Assembly: GCA_043228905.1 (NCBI GenBank)
Contig: JBHGNT010000012.1
Span: 5,208,001-5,272,000 of the forward strand
DNA: 64,000 bases
DNA from: Azolla caroliniana
Lineage: Eukaryota > Plantae > Polypodiophyta
Reading direction: 5' to 3'
Shown: one piece after another, positions 49,575 through 63,048 of the stretch
Layout of the letters: each line of letters begins with the position of its first letter
How positions within the stretch are numbered: the stretch's first letter is position 1
Made by a program: the position numbers and the translations under genes
The notes under the pieces: model-generated
Told to the model about the DNA's origin: nothing
Databases searched by the model: none
Seen by the model: only the letters and a program-made list of their open reading frames with translations

Positions 49575-50022
49575 ATGGCCTCCTCTTCCTGCTCCTTCAA
49601 TCAAACCCTGCTCTCAGGAGGCACCGCACATCATACTCTCCTCCTCCCTGCTCTTCATCCCCCCTGCCCTCCTCGAAACCATGTCCTCCTCTTCTCCCAC
49701 CGCCGAGGTCGCCATGGCCCCACCTCCTCTATCTTCAACAGTAAGAGAGGCAGGGGCCTCGTTGTGGTTCGCTCAGCGGCAACTGTGGAGAAGCGCAAGG
49801 CCTTCTACCCCGGCGAAGACAAAGGGTTCGTGGAGGAGATGCGGTTCGTGGCCATGAAGCTTCATCGGAAAGACCAGTCGTCGGAGGGAGAGAAAGAGGC
49901 GAGTGATGTCCCGCTTCCCAAATGGGAGCCCTCTATCCAGGGCTACATCAAGTTTCTGGTCGATAGTAGAGCTGTGTATGAAACACTAGAGAACATTGTC
50001 CATGAAGCCCCTCATCCCAGCT
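49575..50022 (+). CDS. HO1: Plastid heme oxygenase 1 (HY1-type), exon 1 of 4
   Basis: Transit peptide, then YPGEDKGFVEEMRFVAMKLH (proximal His retained), WEPSIQGYIKFLVDS; GT donor at 50023. Join 49575-50022, 56431-56654, 56754-56861, 57076-57168 = 873 nt, 290 aa. Confidence 0.95.
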
Positions 50023-51628
50023 GTAAGTGTTCATGATGCTTCCCTTCTTCTCTCTCTCTCTCTCTCTCCTTTAAGGCATTTAAGCCTTCAATTTTTAAAC
50101 CTAAAATTTAATTCTTAGTGCAAATTACATTTGCATCAGTTAATTCTTTCAATAAAGGATAGGTCCGTGTTGTTAAAAGGAATCCTTACAGAGAGAGGGG
50201 TGCATAAGAAATACATATCCAAGTCTCCTAGAGCCTAGAATTGGCCTATGGAAGAAACCATGATTACAAATATGAGTAGCTTGAGCTATCCATGATGAAA
50301 AAACTTCAATATTTTAGGTTTTCTAGAGATAATTTGCTATTGATATTGAAGTATGAGGTTACTTTACCATTGGTAATGATTCCTGTGGACAATTTTATAA
50401 GATTGACGTGAATAACTTCCACATATGAGACGACTGGTGATCTCGTGCGGTGATGGCAGAGTAGCCCAAACACATTCAGATGTAGGTCAGGCGGCTCGCA
50501 CATGGTTGGTGGTCAACCACTGGGTCACCTGTGAGTACCATAATTCTCCTCCCTGTCATGTTGCTGCCATTTCCTTGGATGCTTCAAAAACCTTATGCGC
50601 AACTCTTTATGCTAGAATCTTGATTTCAGCAGGATGGTTTCTCCACCCAACCAATGCTAGCTAGTGGGGTGGCTAAGGCCCCTCTTATAGAGGTAATGCA
50701 TGGGTGAAGCTTGTTCTCCTAGACCTTGGACTTTGACATTTAGTTATCCCTCTGAACTCTGTTACTAATGTGCACCTATACTAGTGCAAATACGTATGGC
50801 AAATTAGCATGTCTTACACATTGTGATGGTACTTCATGACGTTCCAATGGACTCAGCGCCTCAAATAATAATAAAAAAGATATCATTTCATCCTCAAAAG
50901 CCTTTTAGATACTACAGAGAGAAAGTTATTAATTTCAGAAATATCTTGGAGTCTACTTTGAGAAAGATATGTACTAGAGTGCATGTTAAGTGGAGAAGCA
51001 ATATGTTTGTCGCTCCTTTTAGGACTTGCCTGTGGAAAATTGATCCTGAAGTACAGAATTGTTTTTGATTGGCACTTACATTTTCCCTTGTGTGGTTCAC
51101 TCTTTAGGTTTATTCCCTCACTTGATTGGGTTTTGTTTAAAGAAGAAATGGCTAGTTTTCCTCTGTTGAGGATGTAAGATTCGTTTTTTCTCATGTAATT
51201 TTTTGGAGGTTTACAAAAGTCCACAAAAGTGGAAGAAGCAACTTCTGGGGTTCTGTTACCCAACTTCTTCAATTGATTTTCATGAAACAAGGAGTAAACA
51301 TTAGAGCTCTGCGGCAAAGCTAACCTAAAACTTGGAGAAAGTTTGTGGGTTGGACTTGTGGTGGGAGAAGTGGAATTCTTAGATTATGGCATGCTAGTCC
51401 GTCATACACCTTGTGATGCCTCTACTTGTTGGTGAGTCAGCGTGGGTGTGTAAGATCATAGCCTTAAGTTTTCATAGGTTCACTGTGAGGCATTAACATA
51501 TGTGTGCACAAACGATCTAGGGTCTCTTGATGATGGTGTAAAACCTGCATGCGATGCAGACACCTTTATTATGTAATCAATGCAGAAAAGAATATAGACA
51601 AGGTTACTTGATATATCTATTCCATAGT

Positions 51629-52159
51629 TGTTAGCCGGTCGGATCGACCGACTAAGGTAGTCAAAGTCTGTAGGTCGACGAACTAGTAAATGATAGTCGA
51701 AATAGGAATTGAAGTCGTAGTTGTAGCAAGACAAGTGTAAAACAGAATAGTCGAATAATTATTATTATCGCCAAATAGGAAAATAGGACAGTTAGGTGTA
51801 ACTGTAGGTTCTTGCCGAATGGCAGTTGTATTATCTTGGTAAAGTCTCTCAGGTTGTCTATAAAAAGGGACCGAGAGCATTGTAACATCATCGATTTGTA
51901 TTGCTATAGTTTTTAATATAATTTTGTTAGTTAGAGTATATTCTGTGTCTCTACCATTCAGAATTCTCTTACTCAGAATACATATAGTAATAGTCGATCA
52001 TAATAGTATATGGTAAATCAATGTATGTGTTATGTTTACTTGTGTTTAAACAATCATAGGGCAGAGTCGGCTGACTCCAATCTCCAACCACAATCCCATT
52101 GATAGGACGACTCGATAAGTAAGTCATTCAACCCTTTGTGTCTGTCGACCAAGACAACA
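51629..52159 (+). mobile_element. Solo LTR in HO1 intron 1
   Basis: tgttag...gacaaca with perfect TSD atagt (51624-51628, 52160-52164); TATA ctataaaa ~51858. Confidence 0.82.
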
Positions 52160-52358
52160 ATAGTTACCATGGAACAACAATGGGGATGGTAACTGGAAAT
52201 GAGAATGAGCACTAGAGCCACACAATCAAGTTGAAGGAAACACCAGGGTGTATGGTGAGTGGGAAAGAATGGTATAGTGTTTAGGACTTGAGACATGTTT
52301 TTCTATGCCCTAAGACATGGAAGTTATGATATACTCCAATAGAGGGAGCATGAGATCT

Positions 52359-52394
<36 letters not shown>

Positions 52395-53589
52395 AGGAGC
52401 TTATAAAAGAGAAGGCTGGAAGGCTGAAACCCAAATTTCAAAGGTGGTAGTATCAAATTCAAATATGATGTTTTTATTAACTTAAGTCATTCGAACTATT
52501 ATTTTAAACTTGCAAAAATCATATACTATCTATATTATTGATATTTTGAATTTAAATTTCAAATTGCTCATATAATGCATATATCACACACGCCATGTCA
52601 GAGGCAATTCTGAGTGCATGGAGTTGCAGTAGAAGACTACTGCATCAGAGACCTTATAGAAATTTCACTACAAACCTTTTCTTCCGTGCTTTTGTTTGTT
52701 CTACCAAGGGATATAATTTTAAGAGGTCATGGGTGGTAGAGAAGGGGAACCTGAATTGTATTTTTCTCAGGAATCGTATCTTTGTTACTGCACCGCTAAG
52801 TTTTGATCTTCCTTTCAAGCACTTCATAGAGTTTGGCGAGTGTGCGGTCAATCACAGTAGTGCAATAGTTCTCTGGATAAAGAGGGGGACTCCTTAATCT
52901 TTGATAATAAGGTGGTATAAATACTAGTACCATGCTTCCTTGTAGGCATGCCTTTTATGGCATCTAATGTGCTTGCAGATTACCTTGTTTTTTCTCCAAG
53001 ATTTACCTTTGTACAAACTTGTGGATACATCTCTTGGCATTCTCTTTGTAACTACAATTGTAGGCATGTTCCTGAGAAGTCTGTAACTTGAGGGTGTTTT
53101 TGTAACCCATACCTCCATCATGTTATCATTTGCTCGGATTCCCAAAATTGTTTGTACATCGAGAAATGCAAATAATGTACAAGTAAGCCTTGGGAAAATT
53201 AAACAAGCAATCCTCAAACAAATGAGGACTCTCACGCGCCAAAAGACGCATCTATGAGGAAGCATAATACTGGGATTTTGGCCACCTTGTCATGAGCAAA
53301 GACTCAATAACTACTCGATGATATATCAGAGAACCCCGATTGTCAATCTGAATTGGGGATCTGCAGCTGTGGCATTTTTGGAACCATTACTTGTACCTTC
53401 TTCACTTCATGCAAAGTGGAAAAGGGCCCATACAACTATGAGGGGTCCACATATACGCAAAACACCTGTTCGATAGGGATTGGTAGATGGCCTCTGCAAT
53501 TCATGGACCATGCACATGACTATGTCAATCTGTAAATCTTTAGACACCCCTCCAAGTAGGAAACTATCAGACTATTGTGATTGCTCATG

Positions 53590-54800
53590 CTCTGCAAACT
53601 CTATGGAGTTGTGCTTGATGTGGAACTCAACACACGTGCTGGGGCTGAAGAGATAGGTGCCTCTGGCATTGTCTTATGTTTCTTACGCTATGTCTCTTGG
53701 TAGACCATTTTAACGCACAATGTAAAATTTTATAGCAAACTTGTGAACTTTTGCAAGGCCTTTGATATAGTGCCAAGCTCACTAGAGAGTTTCTTTGCAA
53801 TCAAACATTTTTAGTGTTGTGAGCAGTTAGATGTTCAAGGGTTTATCAGTGGTCATCAAAATCACTATCAGCATGAAGGATGCATGCACTTCCCCACCCG
53901 GTTTAAACATTTTTCTTTATGCTGATGACATTACCGTGGTCTCTGACATCTCATGCATGCCTACAACATCATCTTATGGACAATAAAGCATCATTGTGAA
54001 CACATGAAAATCTGAGGCTGTAAAATTCCATGTTTGCACCACTCTCCGACAAATTGCCTTCACCCTAGTAGGATGGATTGTTCAAAGTAGTGAATCTCAT
54101 ACCCTTTCTAGGACTCACATTTATAACCAACATTAGGTGCTTCTCAATGACCCAAGCTGTCAAAATTGACTAACTCAAGGATTTGCAAACTTGCTCTTCT
54201 TAGAATCTATGCTACCAAGCATACTGCTCGGAACCTAATGAAAGGATGGTTATCGGACACCACAATAACCTGTGCTCTCATTTGCAATGCAACCATATGG
54301 GCCTTCAGGCTTCCTTGCCCATGTGTGGATGCAAATAGAACATCCACTTGTCACTATGCGGTAATGGTTTTATGTAGCAACGCCTCCATCTTGCAAGAAA
54401 TCATCTAAGCTGATTCCCCCATTATGGTAGAAACATTGTTCTAGATAGTGAACGTCATCAACATGAACGATGCCACCTCAAGAATGGCATGTAAAATTCA
54501 AGAAATGATGACAGTTGAAAAGGTGGAGGATCATGGTACTCATAGGTGATGAACTGTTTCTACATCAGAGGCCTCAACATCGAGCACTTTTGATACTCCA
54601 CGCCTCTCCAACATGATGAAAGAATCAAGGTATTATGTCAAGTTCTATGGTAACTCTGTATACAAAGGATGTCGATCGCATCCATACATCGTCTTTCCAT
54701 ATAGCTGAGTATAACGAGAATTCCATGAGCATCTCTTAGGATGGATTCTTACAAAGACCCAAGTACATGGATGTACATGGCTCATAATGCTCATAAAGCA
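53590..54800 (+). mobile_element. Highly degenerate LINE (RT remnant) in HO1 intron 1
   Basis: Broken motifs resembling VDFxKAFDIVP (~53742), KQGCPLSPTLF (~53875) and FLYADD (~53912); boundaries uncertain. Confidence 0.6.
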
Positions 54801-56430
54801 ATAGGCCGACTCAAAAATCTCCTTGCCATCCTAAGAGATTGATGCAATCTCTTGCAAAACAAGCTCATCACAAAACTAGGTCCAACAATCTTTGCAAGTT
54901 ATATTGGGGAGAGGTTGAGTACGAGGGAAAGTGCGTGCAAGATACTGAACCTACTACCATGTTGGAACAAAAGATAAAGTAGCATCTATTAGAATGCTGA
55001 AATTGGACTTTGAGACTCATCATGATTACAAATATTGGCGAATTTACGTTATCCATATTGAATTAAACATAAAAGATCTAGGTGTCTTAAAAATCCACGG
55101 TAATTGTTACGAGCATAACCATAATTTATCCTTTGGTAGTTTGCACTGTAGTATTCCACACACGAGGATAAAAACGTGAGGGTTAATCGAGAGTGTAAAG
55201 AAGGGAGGATTACTTTTAATCCTTGTGTGTGGGATACTACGTACAAACTACCACGGGATACATTATGGTTATGCCCTCGTATTTGCACTGATGAGTGGGT
55301 GGCAGGTTAGGTCAATAACACCATCAGTCAACCCTTGTGCAGAGAGTAGGCTGAGGGTTTGGGCATATAAATAGCAGGGAGAGTTGGATGGATAGAGATG
55401 GGTTGGTGGCTGAGTGCAGAGGAAGACGAGGACAACGTAGTGTGACATGTGGCTCTTTCCATGGAAAATTTTATGGGAACCCATGATCTAATAAGACTTC
55501 CTATTAGGAAATATAAACGTAACCAGAAATATGACAACAATTATGTGGAACTAAAAGATAACATTATATCACCCACTTATTCTTATTCTGTACAAATATA
55601 AGCATTACTTAATGCTATAAAATTACCATGCCCTACAACAATGATCTTTCTAGTTGGTAACCATCAGATACATTCCTCTATTAATATCAAAAGAATCTAT
55701 TATTGAGAGTGATTATATGATCAAAGAAGAGAATCTCTCAGACTCTGCCCATGTACTCAACTAATGTATAGATAGTGCTACAGGTACTTGTGAAGGCAAT
55801 GTGTCTAGACTTAGCACAAATGTGCTAATGTATACATAATGGTACAGATAATTGTGAAGGCAATGTCTCTAGAATGGAAAACACATAGTGGTAGGGATAA
55901 TGTTTTTAATGCAATCCCTCCGGAATGGAGCATACATAGTGCTACAGGTAGTTAGTTGTGAAGGCAATGTCCCTAGAATCGAGCATATACCAAGTGGAGA
56001 TGACAAGGAGAGAACCATTATGAGCATATAGTCAGATGGGAAATTTTAGGAAATGAGATAGGTTTCTCCTTGAGTAGCCGTTACCTTACCTGAATAATCT
56101 TGGTAAATTAGTACATTATTAGCAACCATTGGAGGGATCAGAACAGGTGTTCGTGCACAACAGTGGTAAATATAAAAATCATGATTGCCATAAATTCCAA
56201 TTTTTTTCCTCAGTCTGACATTATTTACCATAGATAAGATACCCAGAAGTTGATGCTGCAGGACAATGAGACATTGTGAACAACTGCAATTGGCTTCTCT
56301 TTGCATTTTTCATAGGACACATGGTGCAGGAAATGGATAGAGTAATAAATTTGTGTGAAATGACTATATTATTAGGTTATTGTATTGCATATATTTTTCT
56401 ATATATTTTTACTATGGTGCATCTTTTCAG

Positions 56431-56654
56431 ATGCAGAATTCAGAAATACTGGTCTGGAGAGGGTTGCAGCACTTAATAAAGATCTTGACTGGCTGAAAAG
56501 TCAAGGCCATGAGATTCCTGAGCCCAGTGAGCCCGGTCTAAGCTATTCTGCTTACCTGAGAGAGTTGGCGGAGAACGATCCTCCGGCTTTCATATGTCAC
56601 TTTTATAATGTCTATTTTGCGCATTCAGCAGGTGGCCGAATGATTGGGAAGCAG
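56431..56654 (+). CDS. HO1: Heme oxygenase 1 exon 2
   Basis: AG acceptor at 56430; (Y)[10 protein letters not shown]...[23 protein letters not shown]; GT donor at 56655. Confidence 0.95.
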
Positions 56655-56753
56655 GTAGTTTCTGATATATAGGAGGAATTTGGTGATAGTCTGTCTGTCT
56701 ATCTGTCCGTTCATGTACATACTACCTCAACAACTTCTGTTATTTTGCAATAG

Positions 56754-56861
56754 GTTTGCGAAAAGATTCTGAATGGAGCAGAACTAGAGTTTTATAAATG
56801 GGATGGGGACATCAAGGAATTTCTCACGGGCGTAAAAGCTAAACTAAATAAAGTAGCAGAG
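56754..56861 (+). CDS. HO1: Heme oxygenase 1 exon 3
   Basis: VCEKILNGAELEFYKWDGD...LNKVAE, 108 nt, AG/GT boundaries. Confidence 0.93.
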
Positions 56862-56913
56862 GTGATCTCGAAACCTGGTTGCGATTTCTGTTATCACATT
56901 GTATACACATACA

Positions 56914-56946
<33 letters not shown>

Positions 56947-57075
56947 CTATCTATCTATATATATATATATATACGTACATACATATATCTATCTATATAT
57001 CTATATATAGATATAGATATATATGTGGTGCCGGAGTGTTATTTGAATAACGTAACCCCCTTTTTTTGAGTTCAG

Positions 57076-57168
57076 GACTGGACGCGGGAACAAAAGAATC
57101 ATTGTCTTCAGGAGACGGAAAAATCGTTTAAGAACTCTGGGAAACTGTTACGATTGATAGTGCTATAA
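57076..57168 (+). CDS. HO1: Heme oxygenase 1 exon 4
   Basis: DWTREQKNHCLQETEKSFKNSGKLLRLIVL-stop after ttcag acceptor. Confidence 0.93.
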   Translation, partial: DWTREQKNHCLQETEKSFKNSGKLLRLIVL

Positions 57169-59280
57169 GACAATTGCTGTATGATGATTATGGTGGATGG
57201 AAGGAAAGCTAAAACCTTGGGTTAGAACTTTTTGACCCTATTCAGAATGTGGCCTAAATATTTGTTTGTATTTACAGGCAATCTATTGCTATGCTTTGTA
57301 TTTACCGTGAATTTGTTCTTTGTTGGTCGGACTAGACTACGAAATTCCCTTAAAAGATTCACATAATATTCTCAACATGCTCTACCAAAGAGTAGAGTGT
57401 GGCAATCTAGTACCATAATTAACATGTATGTAAATATTGCCAATAATGATCATTAATGCCTTCAGGATAGTTATGTTGTGTATGAAGTGATATAAGGAAC
57501 AATGGAGCTGATGGATTTTAATAAGCCCTAATATCTTACTTTTTTGTCAAGATAATTACTCTTATGGTAGAAAAGAGATGATGAGGATTTGAGTAGTGCA
57601 AATAAATCATTTTCTACTTTGAGTTGCATCATTTGGTAGAAAAATCATTCAAGTTGCATCACTTTCCAAGGTACTGAATTCAAAGACCAAATCATAGGTA
57701 AAGTGTTGACCACATTTATTTCAACAATGCACCATAGGGACATCAACGAACTAGAAGATAACAATGCTAACTACTCTAAGTTGGATGTAGGAGGAGCCTT
57801 GAAGGGGGCACAACATAAGAAAGGAAGCAAGTTATATGATATCTCTATTAAATGTGAAAAGGGGGAGAGATATAAAGCATTGGGCTTTTTGTAGTCTTTG
57901 GACCTATAGATTAGTATGATGAGATGAAAAGAGTAGAGTTGTGTTCATTACATGTCCTCAATTAAAAAATGGGATGTGTACTAAAGGCTTTGGCCAAAAA
58001 GAGCCTTAATTATAGGCTTAACTTTGTGTTGTAGTTTCTCAAGTGTTTAGGTAACTAAGAACTTAGTTACACAACCTAACTCTATCAAGCGACTTGATCG
58101 AATAGATAACACCTTGAAATAGGTTTCGTGCTTGAAAGAACTAAAGGAAGAAAAAGGGAGTCTAATATGGAAGAAATAGTGGAGTGGGATTTGATGAGGG
58201 TCTATTTCATATTATATTTCTCATCACCTTCAACCTTGTTTAATATTGTCATTACTAGCATTCTCTCTCTTATCCTATCATTTAAACTTGTCTCCATCCC
58301 CGTATCTGTGAAGTTCAACACTTTGCATTAAACATTCTCAATTGCAATCATTCGACACTGAAATATGGAAAAGAGATGAAGAAATTTTCAGATGGGACAT
58401 TCGACATTGTCTTGTAATTGACAATTTGCTAGATTTGGGCTTTGAGATTGGATCAAAAGCTTGCATGATGTTAGCCTCGAAAGGAACATATTTATAGGTT
58501 GTCAATTATTACTTGCATACATTTCTAGTATGTGCCATGTGTACTATGGTGCGCTAAAAAAATTTCTCCACATTAGGATACGTTCTCTCGACAAAGTGTA
58601 AGCATTGGCTTTACACATCATGCAAGAGACTATAGAAATGTATGGACTTGAACATTCGTATGATCTTACATTCGTTACAAAAAGCCTTTATCCTTTATCG
58701 TCACATGTTTTAGTTCGAAACCATGAAGAATCTACTACAAGAATATGGGCTTTGCAAATTCTATCCCCAAACAACTAACCATTAACAATCCACTTCAAGA
58801 AAATGGGCTTTGTAATTTCAGTTTGAATAATTAGATATAGGTGCCCATGCCCTTCCTACAATATTATATCGGTTATAAAAGCTTTTGGTGTCTGGTTTTT
58901 GTATACCCTGACAAGAACTTTGACAATGCCTTTATCGAACGTATGCCTCTTTATCGCCTCACTTTTATCTTAGAAGGAAGGAAAAGTTTGTTGTCAATGC
59001 CAACTTGCTCATTGCATAAAAAAAGGTCTACATACGTCCTTTTCACAAACAAGCATGATGCGCAACGATGGACATCTGTGTTGCACCCCCTAGCACTCTT
59101 GCCGACAAGGAATTCCGGTATGCACAACAGTGGTGAGATTGAGACGAAGGGCGGAGTGTTTGTGCCAATGACGTCTCTAGAGAGGAAGAACGAAGGCCTA
59201 CCTACGGAGGAGACACACACACACACACACACACTCAAGCATGCAACATATATGTGAAATGAGCATTTATGTTTGGAGGA

Positions 59281-59311
<31 letters not shown>

Positions 59312-59519
59312 TCAAGCATGCAACATACATGGGAAAAGAGCATTTATGTTTGGAGGACAAACACACACACTCAAGCATACAACATACATGTGAAACGAGC
59401 ATTTACGTTGTATCGGCTTGTTCGATCGTCCGGGGGAGGAGAGTCAGACTAGGCAACTAGCCACTTCTTCTTCTATTATGTACATACAATTGACTACAGC
59501 TACTACAACTACTAGCAAT

Positions 59520-59588
59520 AGAAGAAGAAGAAGAAGAAGAAGAAGAAGAAAGAAGACGAAGAAGAAGAAGAAGAAGAAGAGGAAGAGG
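59520..59588. repeat. (GAA)n microsatellite upstream of PME
   Basis: Near-perfect GAA run. Confidence 0.95.
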
Positions 59589-59661
59589 TTCCATTATGTG
59601 TGTGTGTTTTTTTTATAGGAAGCCAATATGAATTGAAAATGTAGAGAGAGAAAGTGCTAGT

Positions 59662-59692
<31 letters not shown>

Positions 59693-59697
59693 GGCGC

Positions 59698-60919
59698 ATG
59701 GAGCTGCAGAGCGCTACGCCGCCGTCCCGCCGCCCATCTTTCCATCGCTCCGCCTCCGCCTACGCGAGACTGCAGAAGCAGCAGGCGGACATAGCCGATG
59801 ATCTCTCCTCCCGCGCCACGCGCTCCCGCCGATCCTGCATCCTAGCCGCCCTTCTCGCCTCCTTCCTCCTCCTCCTCGCCCTCTCTACCTTCCTCTTCCT
59901 CCACTTCCGCTCCATCTCCTCCATCTCCTCCTCCTCTTCCTCTCAAACTGCAGCAGCTTCCCATTCTGAATCCTCTGCAGTCATCGAAGCCGCTTGCAAC
60001 GCCACTTCTTTCCCTTCCGCCTGCATCTTGCTCCTCTCCTCCTCCTCCTCCTCCTCCGATCCTCCCTCCACTCCCCTCCACCTCGCCTCCCTCAGCCTCA
60101 CCTTCGCCATCGCCTCCGTCAGACGAGCCGCCTCCCTCCTCTCCTCCGCCTCCGCCTCCATCTCCTCCCCGCCTCTCGCTCAATCCGCCGTCCACGACTG
60201 CGTCGAGCTCACCGCCCTCTGCGATGACCTCCTCAACACCACGCTCTCGATCCTCCACGCCATCACCCTCCGCTCCGGGGCGGCGGCGAGCCTGCGGGAG
60301 ATGAAGGTGCAGCTGAGCGGCGTGCTGGGGCACCAGCTGGCGTGCGAGGACGAGCTGGAGGCCGGCGCCAGGAATTCGAGTGCTGCGGCGGCGATGGCGA
60401 TGGCGATGGCGATGGCGTCGCTGCAGGAAGCGCAGGCGAACGTGACAGTGACAGTGCGGATCGCGTTGGGGATAGTGGATTTCATCGCAGGCCTGGGGAG
60501 CGATCTGTCGTCGTGGAAGAAGATAGCGGGAGGGAATCTTCACGTGAGGCGGCGGAGGCAGCTTCTGGCGGCGGCGGCGGAGCGGAGGCGGGATATGGAT
60601 GAGTATCCGGAGTGGCTAACGGCGGCGGACAGGCGGCGGTTAGACGGAGGAGCGGCCGCGGTGGCGGCGGATGCCGTGGTGGTTGCCAAGGACGGGACCG
60701 GGAATTTCAGCACGATCCGGGCGGCCCTTGACGCGTGGGCTCCGAATCGGCCGGCCGGATATATTGTGTACATCAAGAAGGGGGTCTACGAGGAGTACAT
60801 CGAGATCACGAAGGCCATGTCCGGGATCACGATGGTGGGCGACGGCCCGGGCGCTACCGTCATCACCGGGAGCAAGAGCAATGTCCAAGGCATTGCAACC
60901 TCCCTCACTTCCACCGTGG
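59698..60919 (+). CDS. PME: Type-I pectin methylesterase (TM anchor + PMEI pro-domain + start of PME domain), exon 1 of 2
   Basis: Hydrophobic helix, CNATSFPSAC, AVHDCVEL, C-EDEL, basic processing motifs RRRRQLL and RRRL, VVAKDGTGNFSTI, IYIKKGVYEE, MVGDG; donor at 60920. Join with 63049-63737 = 636 aa. Confidence 0.95.
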
Positions 60920-62625
60920 GTATGTTTTGTTTGTTTGTTTGTTTGTTTCAGTTTGTAAGTTTGTATACACTAGGATCCCCAAGGTACATAGTTTGGAGGG
61001 AGGCCTGACACCTAGCTACATGAGGAAACATGTAGAAAAACTTCATCATAACATGTCGTTTATACCACGGCTCACATTTGGGCACCAGGAGTGTATTACT
61101 ATAACACACTTAACTCAACGTGCGCGCGAGAACAATGCATATGTAGCTAGCTAGCTAATTCCTCATGTTGCGACTCGGTTGGCTAGGCATGTAGAGATTG
61201 CACGAGGGGGACCAAAACGACCCCTAAGTGGGGAGTGGGGAATCGGGGGTCATTCCCCCACATTCGAAAAAACATCTGGGAATTCCGGACGTGGAACGAA
61301 ATATATTCGGTTCCTTGGATTAGGATGATGGAGTTTTTTTTCTTTCGTGTATCCCAATTTCGTTTCTCTTGGCGGTGAAGGTCATGAAATACTTTGCGAT
61401 CGAAAATAGATTGTATAATTGATAAGGAAATGTCTAAAACATCTCGACATGTACATATTCCAACGCTGGAGATTACAATGATGGGGTCTTATGGGTGCTG
61501 GTTTCATTTGAAATAGTTTTTGGGAGAAAATAATTTCTATGCAAATGGTTAAGCAAGCACAAATGTTGTTCTAACTTATCATCAAGTAGTCTAACTAATC
61601 ACTAGCCTCCCCGACCGAGGTCCCATCTAAGGGCAAGTTGTTTAGGGTGCATTGCACTATGTAATCAACACTGCATTCGGTCTCTAGTTTGGTCTTCACC
61701 TATAGGCTCCTACCTCCTATTTCCATCTGTAAGTGATTTACTTAACATGCATGTCCTAAGGATTAACAAGTGAAATGCTAATGTATGACATGAATTAAGA
61801 CACGTACAAGAAATTTGTAAGATGGGGATGAATCGATCAAGGATAGAAGTCATGGTATAGGGAACAAATCAATCAAATGAAAAAGTTCATAAGAAAAGGA
61901 CAATACATAGAAAAAGATTTGTAACAACTTTAATATATTATTTCGCTATGGTCAGGTATGTAAGTAGGTATGCTCTATGTAGATGATTTAGTATACAATC
62001 TTTTTAAAGGATTTCCCTTCGGTATTATATATGTTTTAAAATTACTTAGTATGCTTTTACCAATAATCTTCACTTCTTACCAGTGACCTCCACGTGGAAA
62101 CCATTGTCTTTTCGAAAGAATGTTAGTTACAACTTACAACAAGTATATAATATATCAATGTACATGTATATATCCTACACAAGAGGCCAATATATACGCT
62201 ACGAAAAATGATTTGTCGGCACCGAAAGAGTTTGGTTTATTTCATGTTTACTGAAGAATCTTGGTTATTCCTTTTTTTTCTAGTGATGAAACCACAAGGT
62301 TACAAGTTGGTGGTGCTTTTCACAAACAAGGTAAACAAGTTTGAACCGGTCATGACATGAGAACACCAGGTTTACGTACACATTCCAATCAATTCAAAGA
62401 AACAATGCTTTCAGCGTACTGATATTCATAACTACACTAAATTATGCAAGCTTTTGGGGACCACCATATCTTAAAACATTTATGCCCATATTAATTTGTG
62501 ATGAAACAAAATAGCCTTCCATGACATCTCTAAGGAGTTCTTTTGATTAAAGTTCCAACTCTTGAAATACATTAGTAAAGGAAGACGATAGGGACATAGC
62601 ATCCTTCACTCCTACTTTCCATCTG

Positions 62626-62876
62626 GCAATGCTACCAATAATAAAGTTGTTATAAGATTAATCATCTCTCATAAATGTAGATAGAAGTTTCATTGAGGGA
62701 GACAACACGGTGTATGTCGCAATGCTGCCAATATGAAAGTTGTTATAAGATGGACCTTATCTCAAAAATGTAGGCACAAGTTTCATTAGGAGAGACACTA
62801 CGTATGTGACAATCCGGCCAATGTGAAAGTTGTTATAAGATCGATCGTACCTCATAAATGTATACAAAAGTTTCAT
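62626..62876. repeat. Three diverged ~90-93-bp tandem repeats in the PME intron
   Basis: aaagttgttataagat at 62643, 62736, 62826 with shared aaatgta and aagtttcat. Confidence 0.8.
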
Positions 62877-63048
62877 CCTAGGTGGTTCTTGATCCTTGGA
62901 AAAATTCCTATAAGGTAATATTAGTATAGGCTATAACCACAATACTAGTCATAACAACAATTATATAAACACCACCATTGACAACAACAATAATGATGCC
63001 TTATAAGGATGTAATGGAGGATGGTTCCTTCTCCTTGTCCTTTTACAG

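Noticed and set aside
54840-55565. Additional solo LTR in HO1 intron
   Set aside because: LTR-like composition but no convincing termini or TSD could be identified.
57400-59200. Gene or TE between HO1 and PME
   Set aside because: No recognisable protein motifs or terminal structures; possibly very old TE debris.
59842-60543. 233-aa antisense ORF over PME exon 1
   Set aside because: Low-complexity shadow of a GC-rich coding strand.
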